Part shown: in pieces, positions 41,201 to 54,944 of the stretch
How positions within the stretch are numbered: position 1 is the first letter of the stretch
Layout: each line of letters opens with the position of its first letter
NCBI RefSeq assembly: GCF_001194135.2
Contig: NC_068993.1
Location: forward strand, 44,257,361-44,321,360
DNA length: 64,000 nucleotides
DNA from: Octopus bimaculoides
Lineage: Eukaryota
Direction of reading: 5' to 3'
Position numbers and translations under genes: made by a program
Notes under the pieces: model-generated
The model's input: only the letters and a program-made list of their open reading frames with translations
What the model was told of the DNA's origin: nothing
Database searches by the model: none

Positions 41201-43482
41201 TATGTCTAACATGCGAATTTTCTCCCAGAACTATCTCCTTAGCTGAAGGTTTTCTCACATCTGAGTGCACTTGAAATATATTCATGTACAGTCCCACTTG
41301 AGTGTGACTGTACAGGAACATATTTATTTATTTCTCAGTCAAATCGTCCAACCCATGCTAGCATGGAAAGCGGACGTTAAACGATGATGATGATGATGAT
41401 GATGATGATGATCCAATATCATAGTTGAACATTTTAGTTATTAACTACAGGCTTGTAATGGGCCAATCACTAATTAACTGCTTTTCTGATGGCAACAATA
41501 AGATAGTGTCTGTGACTCAATGTAGAACAAGTGCGTTCAAGGATTCATTCATAAAGCAATGAGGTTACAGATGTCTGTAACCTTTACTGATATATTTCAG
41601 TGAAAGGCACACACGCACATCTTGCTCTCTCGCTCTCTCTCCTCTTCTCCCTTTCTTTCTCCCCTCTCTCTCTCTCACACACACGCATACCCACACAGGG
41701 CTTTCATACAGTTTCCATCTACAAATTCCACTCACAAGTTATCATACAAGACATTTGCCCAAAGTGTCATACCGTGGGATTGAATCCAGATGTATGTAAT
41801 TGTTGAGAGAACTTCTTACCCATACAGCCAAGCCTGCACCCATGCTCAAGACATACAAGCTAGTATTTATTGGGGAATGTTGGCCTTTCCCATTGAAAGA
41901 ATATCACGAACAGATAATTAGTAAGAGCATTTTGAAGATGTTTTTATTTAGCCACAGGTCAAATCTGATAAAACTGATTCTACATTAGGCAAAATGTAAA
42001 AGTATAGTATTATCTACTTGCAGAAATATTTCTGAAAAAAAAAATACTCTGTGTGTGTGTTCATATGTTTGTATATATGTGTATGCATGTATGTATATAT
42101 GTGTATGCATGCATATATATTTTTTTATGTGTGTATATGTACATATGAACAACCAATCCTTTGAATGTTTTTTGAAAATATATGTTCACACACATACATA
42201 TATATACACCTTTGAATATGCTTTTAATGAAAAAATATGCATGCCTATATACACACACACCAGGCATAAGGAATATTGAAAGGTGTAGTTGTTAATATAT
42301 GTATGCTGTTTATCACCATCACGTTTGGCTAGATATATATCTGCTTTGCTTCTGGCCTATATTCCACAACACTTCAAACCATGAATGAAAATGTAGCTTC
42401 CCATTTCACCTCAGTAGTTTGTATTCTGATCTGAGCTGTGGTTATCTGTTGTGGCATTTGGAACAAATGGTGTATTGTGCCTGTCTGTTCATTCACACAC
42501 ACACACACACACACAAGCATTGTCGATAATAAAGTGTTAAACAGATTGGCTTCCATTCCAGGAAAAATATTTCCTGCTTAACCCTTTTAATGTTATCATG
42601 TCTGAGACTGCACACTCTGAAGTCTTCATAATTAAATTAAAAGTTTTATCAAAACTAATGGTTTCAAATTTTGGCACAAGACCAGCAATTTTGGTTACAT
42701 CAGCCCCAAACTTATCTTATTGACCCCAAAAGGATAAAAGGCAAAGTCTACCTTGGAAGAATTTGAACTCAGAATGTATAGACAAATGAAATACTGCTAA
42801 GCATTTTGTCTGGTATGCTCATGATTCTGTCAGCTTGCCACCTTAAAATATCATCTTCATTATTTAGTGTCTGCTTTCCATGCTGGCATGGGTAAGACAG
42901 TTTGATTGGAACTGGTAAGCCAGAGAGCTGTATCAGGTTCCAGTCTGATTTGGCTTGGTTTCTATGGCTGGATGCCCTTCCTAATGCCAATATTGTAAAA
43001 CCTTATTACAATATTAATGATAATGTTAAATAGCACTTGGTTAATTCAACATAAAGCAAAGCCATCACTTGTAAACAAGTGTGACTCGGTGATATTTATC
43101 ATGGTTGAGTTAATCGTTTTAGGTGTATCTATGTGGTCATGAACAGATATAAGCACCCTCTTGACCCTCTTCTCATTGATCCAGAAAAAATCCATGATGT
43201 GACAACTAACAGGAGAGCAGGTTGCACTAATACTAGACTGGTGCTCATTTTTAGCTGAGTAGACAGGAGCAATATGACATAATGCCTTGCTCAAGAAGAC
43301 AATACACCTCCTACACCAGAAATTGAACCTATGACCTTATCCTCATGAGTCCAACACCCTAACCATTAAGCCATGTGCCTTCACTAACCAAATTAATATG
43401 ACACCAATTTTGTAACAAACCAGCATCTATATGGTCATTCATTCTGCAGCCAAATCTTTCAAATTACATTCTATGATCTTAA

Positions 43483-43714
43483 TCCCTAAAGCCCACAGGT
43501 ATACTTTAGTGGGTGTAATTTCATTTGCTTGTACCCCAAGAAGATACAAAAGCAGGTAACCAAATGGTTTTTGTGTTTACAGTTAACTGATATGCAGAAA
43601 CATCATTATTTCCTCTGTAAACACAAAACTATGTGGATGCCCATTTTTTAGTTTTTCTGGTTTATAATCACATGAAATTATACCCACTAAAGTATACTCA
43701 TAAGTTTCAAAGGG
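43483..43714. mobile_element. Palindromic MITE (piggyBac-like ends)
   Basis: gtatactttagtgggtgtaatttcat pairs with atgaaattatacccactaaagtatac; inner arms tttgtgtttacag/ctgtaaacacaaa; degenerate TTAA-ccct...aggg-TTTA ends. Confidence 0.7.
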
Positions 43715-44374
43715 TTTAGCAAGGGAATGGCTATGGCTGGTACACCGTTGATCAAAGGTCTATTTGATCAAAGCTAATCAGGGAGAGAGAGAGATAACAG
43801 CTAAAAGGATCTTTCACGTGGTTTTTATTCAGCTTTGTCATTTGCAATAAATATTCATATTTTGAAATAAATTAACAAGATTTTGATATAGATTATATCA
43901 AACATTATGAAGTACCAATTTTCAAACAGAAGAGAAACAGGGGTGGTTACACTGACAAAACCTTGACCCAATTATTTACAGCAGTCAGGTGAGTGAGTGT
44001 TACAGATGATACTGCTGACCACCTTCGGTTCCTGCTTCTCAAATTATGCTTCTATCATCACCATAGCTATCAGCACCACATTTAAATAGTTGTGGTTAAA
44101 TAACAGAAATTTGAGGAGCGACAGATGTTCTACTGTAATGCAGTCACCTGGAATGTATGTATACTGTGACCCTGATTATATCAGCTGGCTAGTTGCTGCT
44201 TTTTTTCTTTTTTTTTTTTGTCTTAAATTAGTATAGATAAAGTCTTATATATATTTAATTACTTTCTATGAGAATGAATGTTGTTTTTTTTATCTCTAGG
44301 TAAGGCTTGATTGAACACACCTGTGATTGAAGATGTTTCAACCATGACCAGCTTGTCTTTTACTCTGGATTATA

Positions 44375-44620
44375 TTATCCAGTTGGTCTTTCCTTAGACA
44401 GTAGGGATGTGAATTGAGAGAAAGATTCATCAGCTATAACATTTAGCAAGTCAAGAGACTGTAAAAGCTCCATCATTGGTTCATGGGAAAGAAAGTTGCT
44501 ACTTGTAGTAGTATTAGAGGTACCCTCTATTGGAAGATAATGACAACATTTGGCCATATTAGGAATACCTTGAGGTTGTGTTTGTTTAGAGATACAATCT
44601 CATCCAGTAGAGAGTACCCT
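44375..44620 (-). mobile_element. Possible LINE APE-endonuclease remnant
   Basis: The peptide TTSS..MELLQSLDLLNV..ERPT only loosely resembles the APE C-terminal half. Confidence 0.3.
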
Positions 44621-47184
44621 TAACACTGTCACAGGTTGTCATCTTTCTAGGTATGATTGTGTTTGGTTAGAGAGTAGTGGAGGAACATAAGCTGAGACAA
44701 GGTTTGGAAGGATACGATTGTGAAGAGGAAAAAATATTGAATGTATTCAACATAGGATTTTGAAAAGTGTTAAGTGCAAGTGAGACTAGAGGAAAAGATA
44801 GAGTATTTGTTATTATTAATCACTAGATCAGTCCAGATCCAGCTGATCTTTGGTCAAAGACATTCCAACTATGACTATTTTATCTTATTTTCAGATGGAA
44901 TATATCTAGGATGACACTATCCTATTGTGCATTTTATGAACACACGAATTACACTATCCTATGTGTTTCTTCTTTTTCTAAAATGCTAGAGAGCATTTTC
45001 AAGGTTATTTTTTGCTGCTACATCTAGCTGACTAAACGGCCATGTAGAGGGTACTCATTAATATAGGTTTAGTCTGGTATGAGAGTCAGAGGGCAAGTTC
45101 AGTACAGAGCAAAAGGTTTAAAACATTCAAAGTTTCAACTTTAGGTCTGAGTCATGGCTCATGTGTTGTTCGTGTTAACTTTCTAAATTACAGAATATTC
45201 TTTACACATCAGAAATGGGTTAAAGGCTGTGTAATACTGGTCTGGCACATAAAACTGGACAGTGATTCATTTAGCAAGAAGCTTTTGCAAACATATTTGC
45301 TGGGCCAGAGCTGTGCTGATGCTAAATGACAAAAACAATAAAAAGAAAAAGACAAATAGCTTATATTCTAATGTCTTGTCATTTAGCTGTTAGTCATACA
45401 ACCTTGAGATTTTTTAAAATTTCAATTCTAGCTAACAAAAAAAAAAAAAGAAGCTAAATTAAGAAGGTTTAGTAAGATTTAGTATGGTTTGGTTAAATAT
45501 AGATCCTGATAAACATGCCATATGCCACGCTTGGAAATGTATTCTAAGAATTGTTGGCTATTTACAAAAATGAGATTAAGATAAAAGTAAAAGTTATTTT
45601 AATCCATCATTTAAACAGTATGATCAGAGACGTAACACGTATGAAGTGTTATTTTACTTCAGCTGTCATATGAGGAAGTAAATTCTTTCACTCACAGCTC
45701 TGTATACATACATGCATATAAACCCACAACTGCACAATAACATAATTGTGCAGTCGTGGCTGTGTGGTTAAGATATTTTCATTCCAACTGCATAGTTCTA
45801 GGTTTGATTCCACTAGTATTTTGATGTTTGCACTAACTTCAGCAATGGTCTGCAGCTAATTAAGTTGACATGTGACAGACATTTCATATAATTTCTCTGA
45901 CTGGTGGCTACTGGATCCATTGATTTGACAGGTTTAAGAGCTAGTTGTTCTGTTCTCTCTGGCATTCCACTGTTGCTGGGTATATGTCCACATGCATGCA
46001 CGTGCGTGCGCGCACACAAGTATGACTATGTGGTAAGAAGCTTACTTCCCAACCACATGGTACCAGATTCAGTCCCACTGCATGACAATTTGGGCAAGTG
46101 TCTTATGTTAGACCTTGGATTGACCAAAGCCTTGTGAGTGGGTTTGGTAAATAGAAACTAAAAGAAGCCTGTTGCATATATATGTATGTGTGAGTGTCCC
46201 CACCATTACTGATTGACAACTGGAGTTAGTTAGTTAACATCCCCACAACATAGTGGTTTGGCAAAAAGTGACTGATAGAATAAGTACCAGGCTTAAAAAA
46301 TAAGGTACTGGAATCAATTTGTTTGACTAAATCCTTCAAGGTGGTGCCCCAGCATGGCCACAGTCTAATGACTGAAATAAGAAAAAGACACACACACACA
46401 CACACACACATCCACACACACACATACACCATTACATGCATTGTCATGTGATTAGTAAGTCAAATAATTTAACCAGCCACCATACTAAAATTTTTGTTTA
46501 TTCACTTTAATGGAACAGCATTCATATTGCTTATAGCAGTGAGCTGTCCTGCTCCTATTGTACTAAGTGGTCACTCACCTTGCTAGAAAAGCATTTATAT
46601 CTTCTTTAAATCAGAACATGTCATCTTAAAATAAGGTACAGTATATTAGCTAATATATTCCAAGTTACCCTGTGTCTGAAAGGAAAAAGGATGGAATGTG
46701 CTCTGCTGGAATATCTGTGTTCGTATGTCTTCACAATGAGACAACACCTAAGTGGACTGGGCCAGTATTAGAGCCTTGAACTCTTACACAGTGTTGGCAT
46801 CAGAATGTATACCATCAATTCTTTGGTTGGAAATTTGACTTTATTAATTCCACCATCTATTACACTCTCTAACAACAAGGCATGAACTGCATTTCCTGAA
46901 ACACAAATGGTTATGGCCATGCACTTTTCTGTAATGGTGTTTAAGCCCAAAGTCAACTTCGAGTAGTTCTATAAAAGCATGCCAGATATGACCATCAACA
47001 AGGAGTACATTATCTAATGCATCTTTTTTATTTTTAAATGCAGTAGGGTGTGATTTAAAGATTTGGCTACTGTTTCTAGATAGTCAAGACAACTATGTTG
47101 TCTATAGCACAGTGGGACCTTTTCCCACTGTTGTTTTAGTACAAGGGATAAATTGTAAGTGCATAAGAACTTGTAGGATTGCAT

Positions 47185-47581
47185 TGTAGTGGCGCGTATG
47201 GCTGCCATTGGCCGCCATCTTGGGAAGTGCCATTGCGCATGTGCAGGGGATTAGCCGTCAGCAGAAGTACCCGAGCACGCATGCGCAATGCAACAGGTGG
47301 AGAGAAAGCAGCTGTCGTGACAACACGTAACTCTTTTCTCTCAAGCTGGCGTCGTGACAACATGTGTCTCTCAACTCGACCCCGACATGTGGTCGAAGCT
47401 TCTTTGGTATTCGAGCGGCATGCCTATTCACCCAGGAACAAAACGGCTCTACACCAAACTAGAATAAACTATTGATCTGTTGTTACCATTATCCCTCGTG
47501 TTGTTGTATTTCTGAATTTTAATGATTAATATAAGAACTGGGGAGAGACAGCCGAGCCGTTATATCTCATCCAATTCTTAT
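47185..47581 (+). mobile_element. Solo LTR, 397 bp
   Basis: Starts TGTAGT and ends TTATA (probably a decayed TTACA). TSD GCAT (47181-84 and 47582-85), AATAAA at 47463-68, CpG-rich. Confidence 0.7.
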
Positions 47582-48019
47582 AGCATCTGTGCTGAGAAAA
47601 ATATTTTATCTTGAATTTTACTAACTTACCTTTCCATCGGTGGTATGGAGAGGGGAGGCTGGTTTGCATGGGTGACTGCTGGTCTTCCATGAGCAACCTT
47701 GTCCAGACTTTGTGCCTCAGAGGGGGACTTTCTAGGCACAAACCCATGGTCATTAGTGACCAAAGGAGGTCTTTACCCTGTACATGCCTGCACATATTAA
47801 AATATTATTCATTAAATAATAAATAAACAAACAGTTCCAAATTTGAATGCCAGCAAAATTTTGCAAACACAAAGATTTTGCTTGCAAGTGAAGGGTTTCC
47901 CATCCCAGACGTTGAGGTTTTGGCGTTGCTTTGTATCTGTGTATTTTTAAAATGCTACGATTTTTGTTTTCATGCCATTTATTGTCTGAATCTAATTTTT
48001 ATTTTATTTTCTGTTTTAG

Positions 48020-48172
48020 TGGACGCTGACCTCAAAGAACTTGAGAAAGGTATCGTTATGAATAAGGTGAAACATGGAAACCAATATGAACGGATCTACG
48101 TCCTCGACCGAGAAAAAATGGTGCTCCGTTATGAAGGCTCTACCAAATTTTTCCGCAAAAAAAATCCTGAAA
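48020..48172 (+). CDS. PLCD: Phospholipase C (delta/eta-like), first identifiable coding exon; N-terminal half of the PH domain
   Basis: Acceptor ttttctgttttAG at 48018-19 and donor GTAAGA at 48173; phase 1 to 1, 153 nt. Encodes xDADLKELEKGIVMNKVKHGNQYERIYVLDREKMVLRYEGSTKFFRKKNPE, which resembles the PLC PH domain (KVK...ERxY...). The symbol is family-level only; paralogue identity is not established. Confidence 0.88.
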
Positions 48173-49109
48173 GTAAGAAAATATCCATATTCTCCAAACT
48201 TTTCTTTTTGTTTGTTTTTTATGTGGATTCATTGATTTGTTTTACATGTTTGTTATTTATTTATTACATGACAATAGGCAGCTTGTGATGGCATAAGAGG
48301 CTTAAATGTTTTTAATAACAGTACTTTCAGTTTGGTATTCAAATCTTGAAGATATTAAGTTCACCTTGCTTTCATCTGCGGTCAAGAAATTACACAGTAG
48401 TGTTGTGTATTTTTCTTTTTTTTTTTGGCTGTATGATTAGGAAGCTCACTTTCCTACCACATGGTTTCAGGTTCAGTCCCTTGGCACCTTGGACAAGTGT
48501 CTTCTACTATAGCCCCAGACTAATTGATGTATTTTGAGAGAATTTGGTGGATGGAACCTATGAAGAAGCCTGTTGTGTGTATATATACATATATTTGTGT
48601 GTGTGTCTGTTTTTGTCACCCCATTGCCACAACTTCACAACAGGTGCTGATTTCTTTATGTTCCCATAACTTAGCAGTTCTGTAAAAGAGACTGATAGAA
48701 TAATTTCCAAACTGCAAAAAACAAAAAGTACCCTTCATGATTGCATCCTTTGGTGGAACAGAACTTATTTTAAAACATTTGTAACTAGGTGTCACTGTGG
48801 GGTAAGAAGCTTGCTTCCTAACTACATGGTTCTGAGTTCAATCCCAATGTGTGGACATCTTGGGCAAGTGTCTTCTACTATAACCTCAGACCAACCAAAG
48901 CTTTGTGAGTGGATTTGATAGATGGAAACTGAAAGAAGTGTCACCAGACTTTAAAATGAAATTAATAAGTTCTGGGATCAATTTATTCAACTAAAAATTC
49001 TTCATGGCGGTGCTCCAACATGACCAGTCTAATGAGTGAAACAAGTAAAAGATATAAATCATAAAAGAATCAGGAGTAGCAAAATAAACACTAATAGTTA
49101 GTAATGTTG

Positions 49110-51130
49110 ATAATAGGTTACCCACAGGACCTCTCTATGAACACTTTCACTAAAGTTTCTAATACTCCTAGATACTTATAACTCTCTCATCCTCCTGTCA
49201 ACGATTTCAGTGTCTGGCCATCTGGTAATTGGATGCCTTCACTGTAGACTACCTGTCACCTCCTCATGACTAATATTACACACTTATCCATGCCAAATTC
49301 CATGCCTGTATCTTTGCTGAAGAGTCTTAGTCTGTATTAAGGAATCTATCTCTTTTTTATTCTTACTAAAAGCCTTCAAATCATCCATATAGAGTAAATG
49401 GTGAATTTTTCCATTACTATTTCTGAACTGATACCCTGCCTTTGCCTTCCTTAATACTAAACTGAGTGGGATCAAACATAAGACAAATATTAAAGGGGAC
49501 AATGAGTCCCCTTGGAAAATTCCTCTTTTGATATTAACTTTCCCTAAGAGTGTGTCACATGAGTAGAGATCTACTTTTCATTTCTTCATGCTAAAACTAA
49601 TTATCTGCTCTACTGAATATACTCAAACATTCACTTATCCATGAGTATGGGATCATGTCATGCTATTGTTAGATTTTTCTTTCTCGCTTTTACTTCATTT
49701 AAAACTGCTTTGTCTATATATAATAGATCATGCGTTCTTTAGCCTTCTTCCTGCAACCTTTCTGTTCTTCTGGTAGTAAATTCTGGTTGTCAAGGTGCAC
49801 ATAAATACTTTCTGAAAGCATTCTTGTTAGCAGCTTCCACATTAATGGTAAGCAAGTGATGAACTAAATCTGGTCCTGGGTCCTTCCAATTTGACATTTT
49901 TCCTAACACTTTATTCATTAATGTACTAGTTAATCTTAGACCTAGGTATTTCTTCCCTCACTTTCTTTAACCATACTGCATCTCCATTATGATTGACTGA
50001 TTTATCCCAAATATTATTCCAGAACTTTCTAGCTTCCTCTGCATTAGGTTTCTCATCTTCAGTACTTTGTTCTCCACTATTTATTTGGTTATAAAATCTC
50101 CTTTGGTCTGTCTCAAATAATCTATTCTGTTGATACTGGTTTGTTCTTTTCTGATACCTGGAGAGCTTGCCTGCTACTGCTATAATACACTATTTCAACT
50201 CTTCTATTATTATCCCAAATCCGTTCTGTTTAACTAAGTATCTTTCCTCAAGGCAAGAATTGCATCTTGTGTTTCCTAACTTGTTTGTTTTCCAGGCTTC
50301 TATTCTACTCAGATCTTGTCTTAAAGTTCACTTTATCTTGTAGTCTTCTTTTGCTCTTTTTAATATTTCCCTGTGAGATAGCTAATCTTCTGGTAACTAC
50401 TACCCCTCCTACATAGATCAATAAGTTAGTGTCTTCTATACTTTTAGTATATATCCTACTGATAATAGAATCTACTTTCCTAGTCATTGCTTCCTTTTGT
50501 TGGTACCTTTTAATGCTGGCAATCTTTTTCTTACTTCTTTACTCATTACTTCCTGCAACTCATCTAAAATCCCTTAAGTCATTGGTACTAGTTGTCCCTT
50601 CCTTATTGGTAGTGCTATTATTATTTTTTCCCTTAGGTTCTTCTTTGGGTTGAGCTGTATCTTTTATGTTGTTGTTTGTCTTTTCCACTGCCTGATCTTT
50701 CTTTTCCAGTTCTCTTGTGATCTCTTCTACCACCAATTCTGTCATCCGCTTTCTTCTCCTAAAAGCATTAGCTTGATCAGCTAATCTCTGCTCAGTCACT
50801 TTAAACATGCCCTTCTCTACCCAAGGCATTAACATTCATTTTCTATAGCCCCTTCTTTTAGGTTCACTTCCTAAGTAGCACTGTATCACTATCCTGTTTT
50901 CTTTGCTGGTTCACTTCATCCTCCTTGCTCCGTTATCTGCTGATGCTGTATTAGGATGACAACTGTGGTCAGTCTGTATCTTCACTGATCCACTGCTGAG
51001 TGAGAGGTCTTCCCTTAAAAGTCCAGCTTCATTTTTGCTGTTACAACCAGCGTTCTTCAGAAACTCCTGTCTCTCATAAACTGAGAGACATCCCCTTTGT
51101 CATCACCACTATTATTTTTAGACATCTGAC
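49110..51130 (-). mobile_element. R4/Dong-like RLE LINE remnant (N-terminal region plus partial RT), in a PLC intron
   Basis: RT motifs (GDS)MSPLIFVLCLIPLS and HHLLYMDDLK; the N-terminal fragment EKGMFKVTEQRLADQA is typical of this clade; many stops. Confidence 0.8.
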
Positions 51131-51964
51131 AGTTTCAAGCAACTTTTAATTGCATCATGATTATTATTATTATTATTCAACATTTGATAGTTTCAGGTAG
51201 GTTTCTACTGCATCATCTGCTACACCTCCATGATGTTAATGTGTATGAGTGTGTGCAGTATTGTATGTTCTTTCTCGCTGTTGGGGGAGGGCAAACTCTT
51301 CCCAGTATTGTACAGTGTCAGTTTGTTTTGTTATGGGGTATGGCTGCAGTCTTTTGTTTTAGTGTTTGTTTGGAATGAAAACAAACTGTGTTCTGTTGAT
51401 TATCCGGCGTGTTGGTGGTCGTTTATTATTATTTAAATACAAAGGAAACTGATGGAGACCACCACATTCTGAATAAAGATTTTTAAATTGGAATGTTACA
51501 GGGTAAAGACTTGAATCCTATCTTGTAATTCTCTTTCACTTCACTTGCCTACTCTCTTTTCTCTCACTCTTTCCCTTCAATCATACTCTCATCTTTCACT
51601 TTCTCTCCATTCTCCTCTCTCTCTCTCTATCTTACACGCACACACATAATTGCATCGTTGAAGATAAACTGAAGTCATAATCTTCACCATAGATTTAGGT
51701 CACTATGGCCATAAATAACCAACAATTCACATGCCCTCCTGTTAACCTGATAGCACGGCTGTTTTTATACTTGTCCTCACGTCAAGATTATGTTAACCTT
51801 AGTTTACTGAGCCAAGTGATACCTCGCCATTGTTCTTTAAACTTTGTCATTAAAAAGAGAGAAAAACAAATGCTTACCTGCAGTTAAATAAAAATCTGTA
51901 GGGAAAGTTTATGTTTAGTTATGGGAGAACAAGGCACAACAAATCCTAAAATTCAATATATGAC

Positions 51965-52546
51965 AGTGCATAAATAATTCTAATTTTGGCACAAGGTCAG
52001 CAATTTTGAGAGATGGTGTTAGTTGATTACATTGACCCCAATGCTCAACTGAAAGGATGAAAGGCAAAACTGACCTCGGCAGCATTTGAACATAGAACCA
52101 GAAGAATTACTGCTGAGCATTTTGTCTGGTGCAGTAACAACTCTGCTAGTTTGCAACCTTACAGTGCCTAAATAATAATTATGGTGGTGAAATTTTAGGG
52201 GAGGGAGCTACTCAATTACATTGACTCCCAGTGCTCAACTGCTACTTATTTTATCAAGGATGAAAGGTACAGTTGAACTCAGAATGTGAATCTAGATGAA
52301 ATGCTGCTGAGCATTTTGTCCAATATTCTAATGATTCTGCCAGCTCACTCTCTTACTAAAGACACAAGGCCTGAAATTATAAGGGAGGGGACTAGTCAAT
52401 TATATCGACCCCAGTATTTCACTGGTGTTTAATTAATCGACCCCAAAAACATGAAAGGTGAAGTTGACCATGGTAAAATGTGCAAACAGATAAAATGTCG
52501 CTAAGCGTTTTGCCCAGCATGGTAGTAATTCCGTCAGCTCACCACC

Positions 52547-52578
<32 letters not shown>

Positions 52579-53290
52579 TCCAAATTTTGCCTCATGGGCA
52601 GCAATTTTGGAGGTGGGAATGAGTCGATTACATCAACCCCTGTGTTCAAGTGGTACTTATTTTATCAACTCTGAAAGTATGAAAGGCAAGGTTGACCTCA
52701 GAACATAGCGACAGGCAAAATACTGCCAAGCATTTCATCCAGCACACTAACGGTTCTGCCAGATTGCTGCCTTAAAAATGATAATAATAGTTTCTGATTT
52801 AGATACAAACCTACTAAGTTTAAGGGGAGGGGATTTAGATACAAACCTACTAAGTTTAAGGGGAGGGAATTTAGATACAAACCTACTAAGTTTAAGGGGA
52901 GGGGATTTAGTCAGTCCCATCTACTTCAGTACTTGATGGGTACTATATTTTATCAACCCTGGAGGAATGAAAAACAAAGTTGATCTTGGTAGGATTTGAA
53001 CTTAGGATGTAAAGTGCTGGAACATGTTGCAAGGCATTTCTCCAAATGCTAGACCAAGAACAGCAATAAAAATAAAATTTGTTTTTAATATAGGCACAAG
53101 GCCTGAAATTTGTGGACAGAGAGTTGATTAAATTGACTCTGTCTTTCATCTCTTAAGGTTTGATAAAATAAAGTACTAGTCAAGTATAAAGTTGACCACA
53201 GCAGGATTTGAACTCAGAATGTGAAGAATTGGAACATATACTGCAAGGCATTTTTTCCAATGCTCAAATGATTTTGTCCATATTCCAGCC
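51965..53290 (-). repeat. Head-to-tail cluster of about 6 diverged SINE copies
   Basis: The block gattacatcgacccc...aaggatgaaagg.aa.gt.gacct...gcattt...ctgccag recurs roughly every 180-220 bp. Confidence 0.75.
52797..52910. repeat. 36-bp tandem repeat, 3 copies plus a partial
   Basis: Unit atttagatacaaacctactaagtttaaggggagggg starting at 52797, 52833 and 52869. Confidence 0.95.
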
Positions 53291-54436
53291 TTGATAATAA
53301 ATAATGGCCATCACTTGCTATCAGCATGCACTGTCACTCACTAATGTTTTTTAGGTGCCTATGTTGTTATTTAGAGTGAGAGAGGGGGGGGACACATCTT
53401 CACTAAGGAAATGCCTCTCTCAACACTTTACCCCTCTCTTTCTCTCTCTCTCCTTTACCCTTTCTCTCTCCCCTTTACCCTCTCTCTCCCCTCTCCCTCT
53501 CTCCCTTACTTGCATTCCATGAGAGCTGAAATTGTAAGTATTGCTTATGAATCTTTGATAAACAACTTGACCATGACTCAAGCTTTCTGTGATCAAAAGC
53601 TCCGTTTCAAAAGGTCTTTATTATGTAACACCAACACACTAACATACACTGGATTTGTTTAGATTTTGAAACTGATTTATACTGGTGCAAACCATTGTTA
53701 ATTATTCTAGTCTAGTTGTTATTCTTTAGCTCTAGGTCAACTACAATCAAACAGAACTATAATCAAAAAAGGCTTTCTGTATATGACATGACAAGCTTGT
53801 CTTTTCAGATGTTGTATATCTAGAACAACATTGTCTAATGTGTCCTTCCTTTTTTGCTTTCTTAATTCTGTTACAATTCTATTAAAAATACTTAAAAGGT
53901 ACTGATATTAGACATTAAAAAGACTAATCTGAGATAGAAAACTTATGGAGTACTTATTTTATTGGTCTCTGTATGTCAATCACTAAGTTACAGGGTGTGA
54001 AGAGACACAACATAACACCAGTTTTTATTTTTAGATGAATATGAATATAAAACTTCATTCTATTTGTGTGTGTGTACCTTATACAATGTAATAAAGTGCA
54101 ACGTGTTTCATGCTGGTCACACAGGTAGAGGGAAACTAAAGCAGCAAATAGTGAGTTTGAGTGACAGTGAGAGATGCTAACTGCAGGCAGACCTTGGTAA
54201 AAGGTTTTACGTGAAGTTGCAGGTATTTTTAGTCAAAATGAACTGAAAATTTTCATTGCAAATTATATTTATTTTATCAATTTCACAAATACACATATTT
54301 ATGAAATCAAATATTAAACTTTTGTTTTCAAAATGCTACTGTTCACATAATATTTATAAAGCAACCTTACTAAGCAACTCAATGACCAGAACAATACAAA
54401 TGGTAGTAATATTTTCCTTCTCTGTCTTTTTTACAG

Positions 54437-54507
54437 TTGCTCTACACAACATAATTGAAATTCGATTGGGAGAGAACTGCCATACGAAAAGATTTCGAAA
54501 CCTAAAC
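54437..54507 (+). CDS. PLCD: PLC exon; middle of the PH domain
   Basis: Acceptor tctgtcttttttacAG at 54435-36 and donor GTAAGA at 54508; phase 1 to 0, 71 nt. Encodes IALHNIIEIRLGENCHTKRFRNLN, matching the PLC 'IxEIRxG' segment and in frame with the previous exon. Confidence 0.88.
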
Positions 54508-54944
54508 GTAAGAATCTTATAACATGTTCAATCTATTATCTTCTCTTTCAATACCTTTTTTATTTTACTTTTTTTTTACCTGGCTATTGTGAAAAAAGAG
54601 GTAATCTCTTTTACTTGTGAATTTGGTTGGTGGTTATATTCTAGTAAAGCCAGGTGAGTGCCACTCGCACACTAAAAATGGTAAATTTTCTTAATATACA
54701 CTCAGAAAACAAAGATTAAGTTAGTTTGAAATCATGTAGACCCAGATGTAGCTGTATGGTTAACAAGTTTGCTCCCTGCTTCCCACTGCATGGCACCTTA
54801 AGTTACTGACTTCTACTAGAACCCAAACAAAGCCTTGTGAGTAGATTTGGTACACAAAATCTAAAGGAATTTCATCATATATATGTACTGTATATATAAA
54901 CATAATTAAGGGATCAGCAACAGTTGCTTCACTGTATGTGTGTA

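Noticed and set aside
51965-53290. CRISPR-like repeat array
   Set aside because: Eukaryotic context; the units are diverged SINE copies or contiguous 36-mers without unique spacers.
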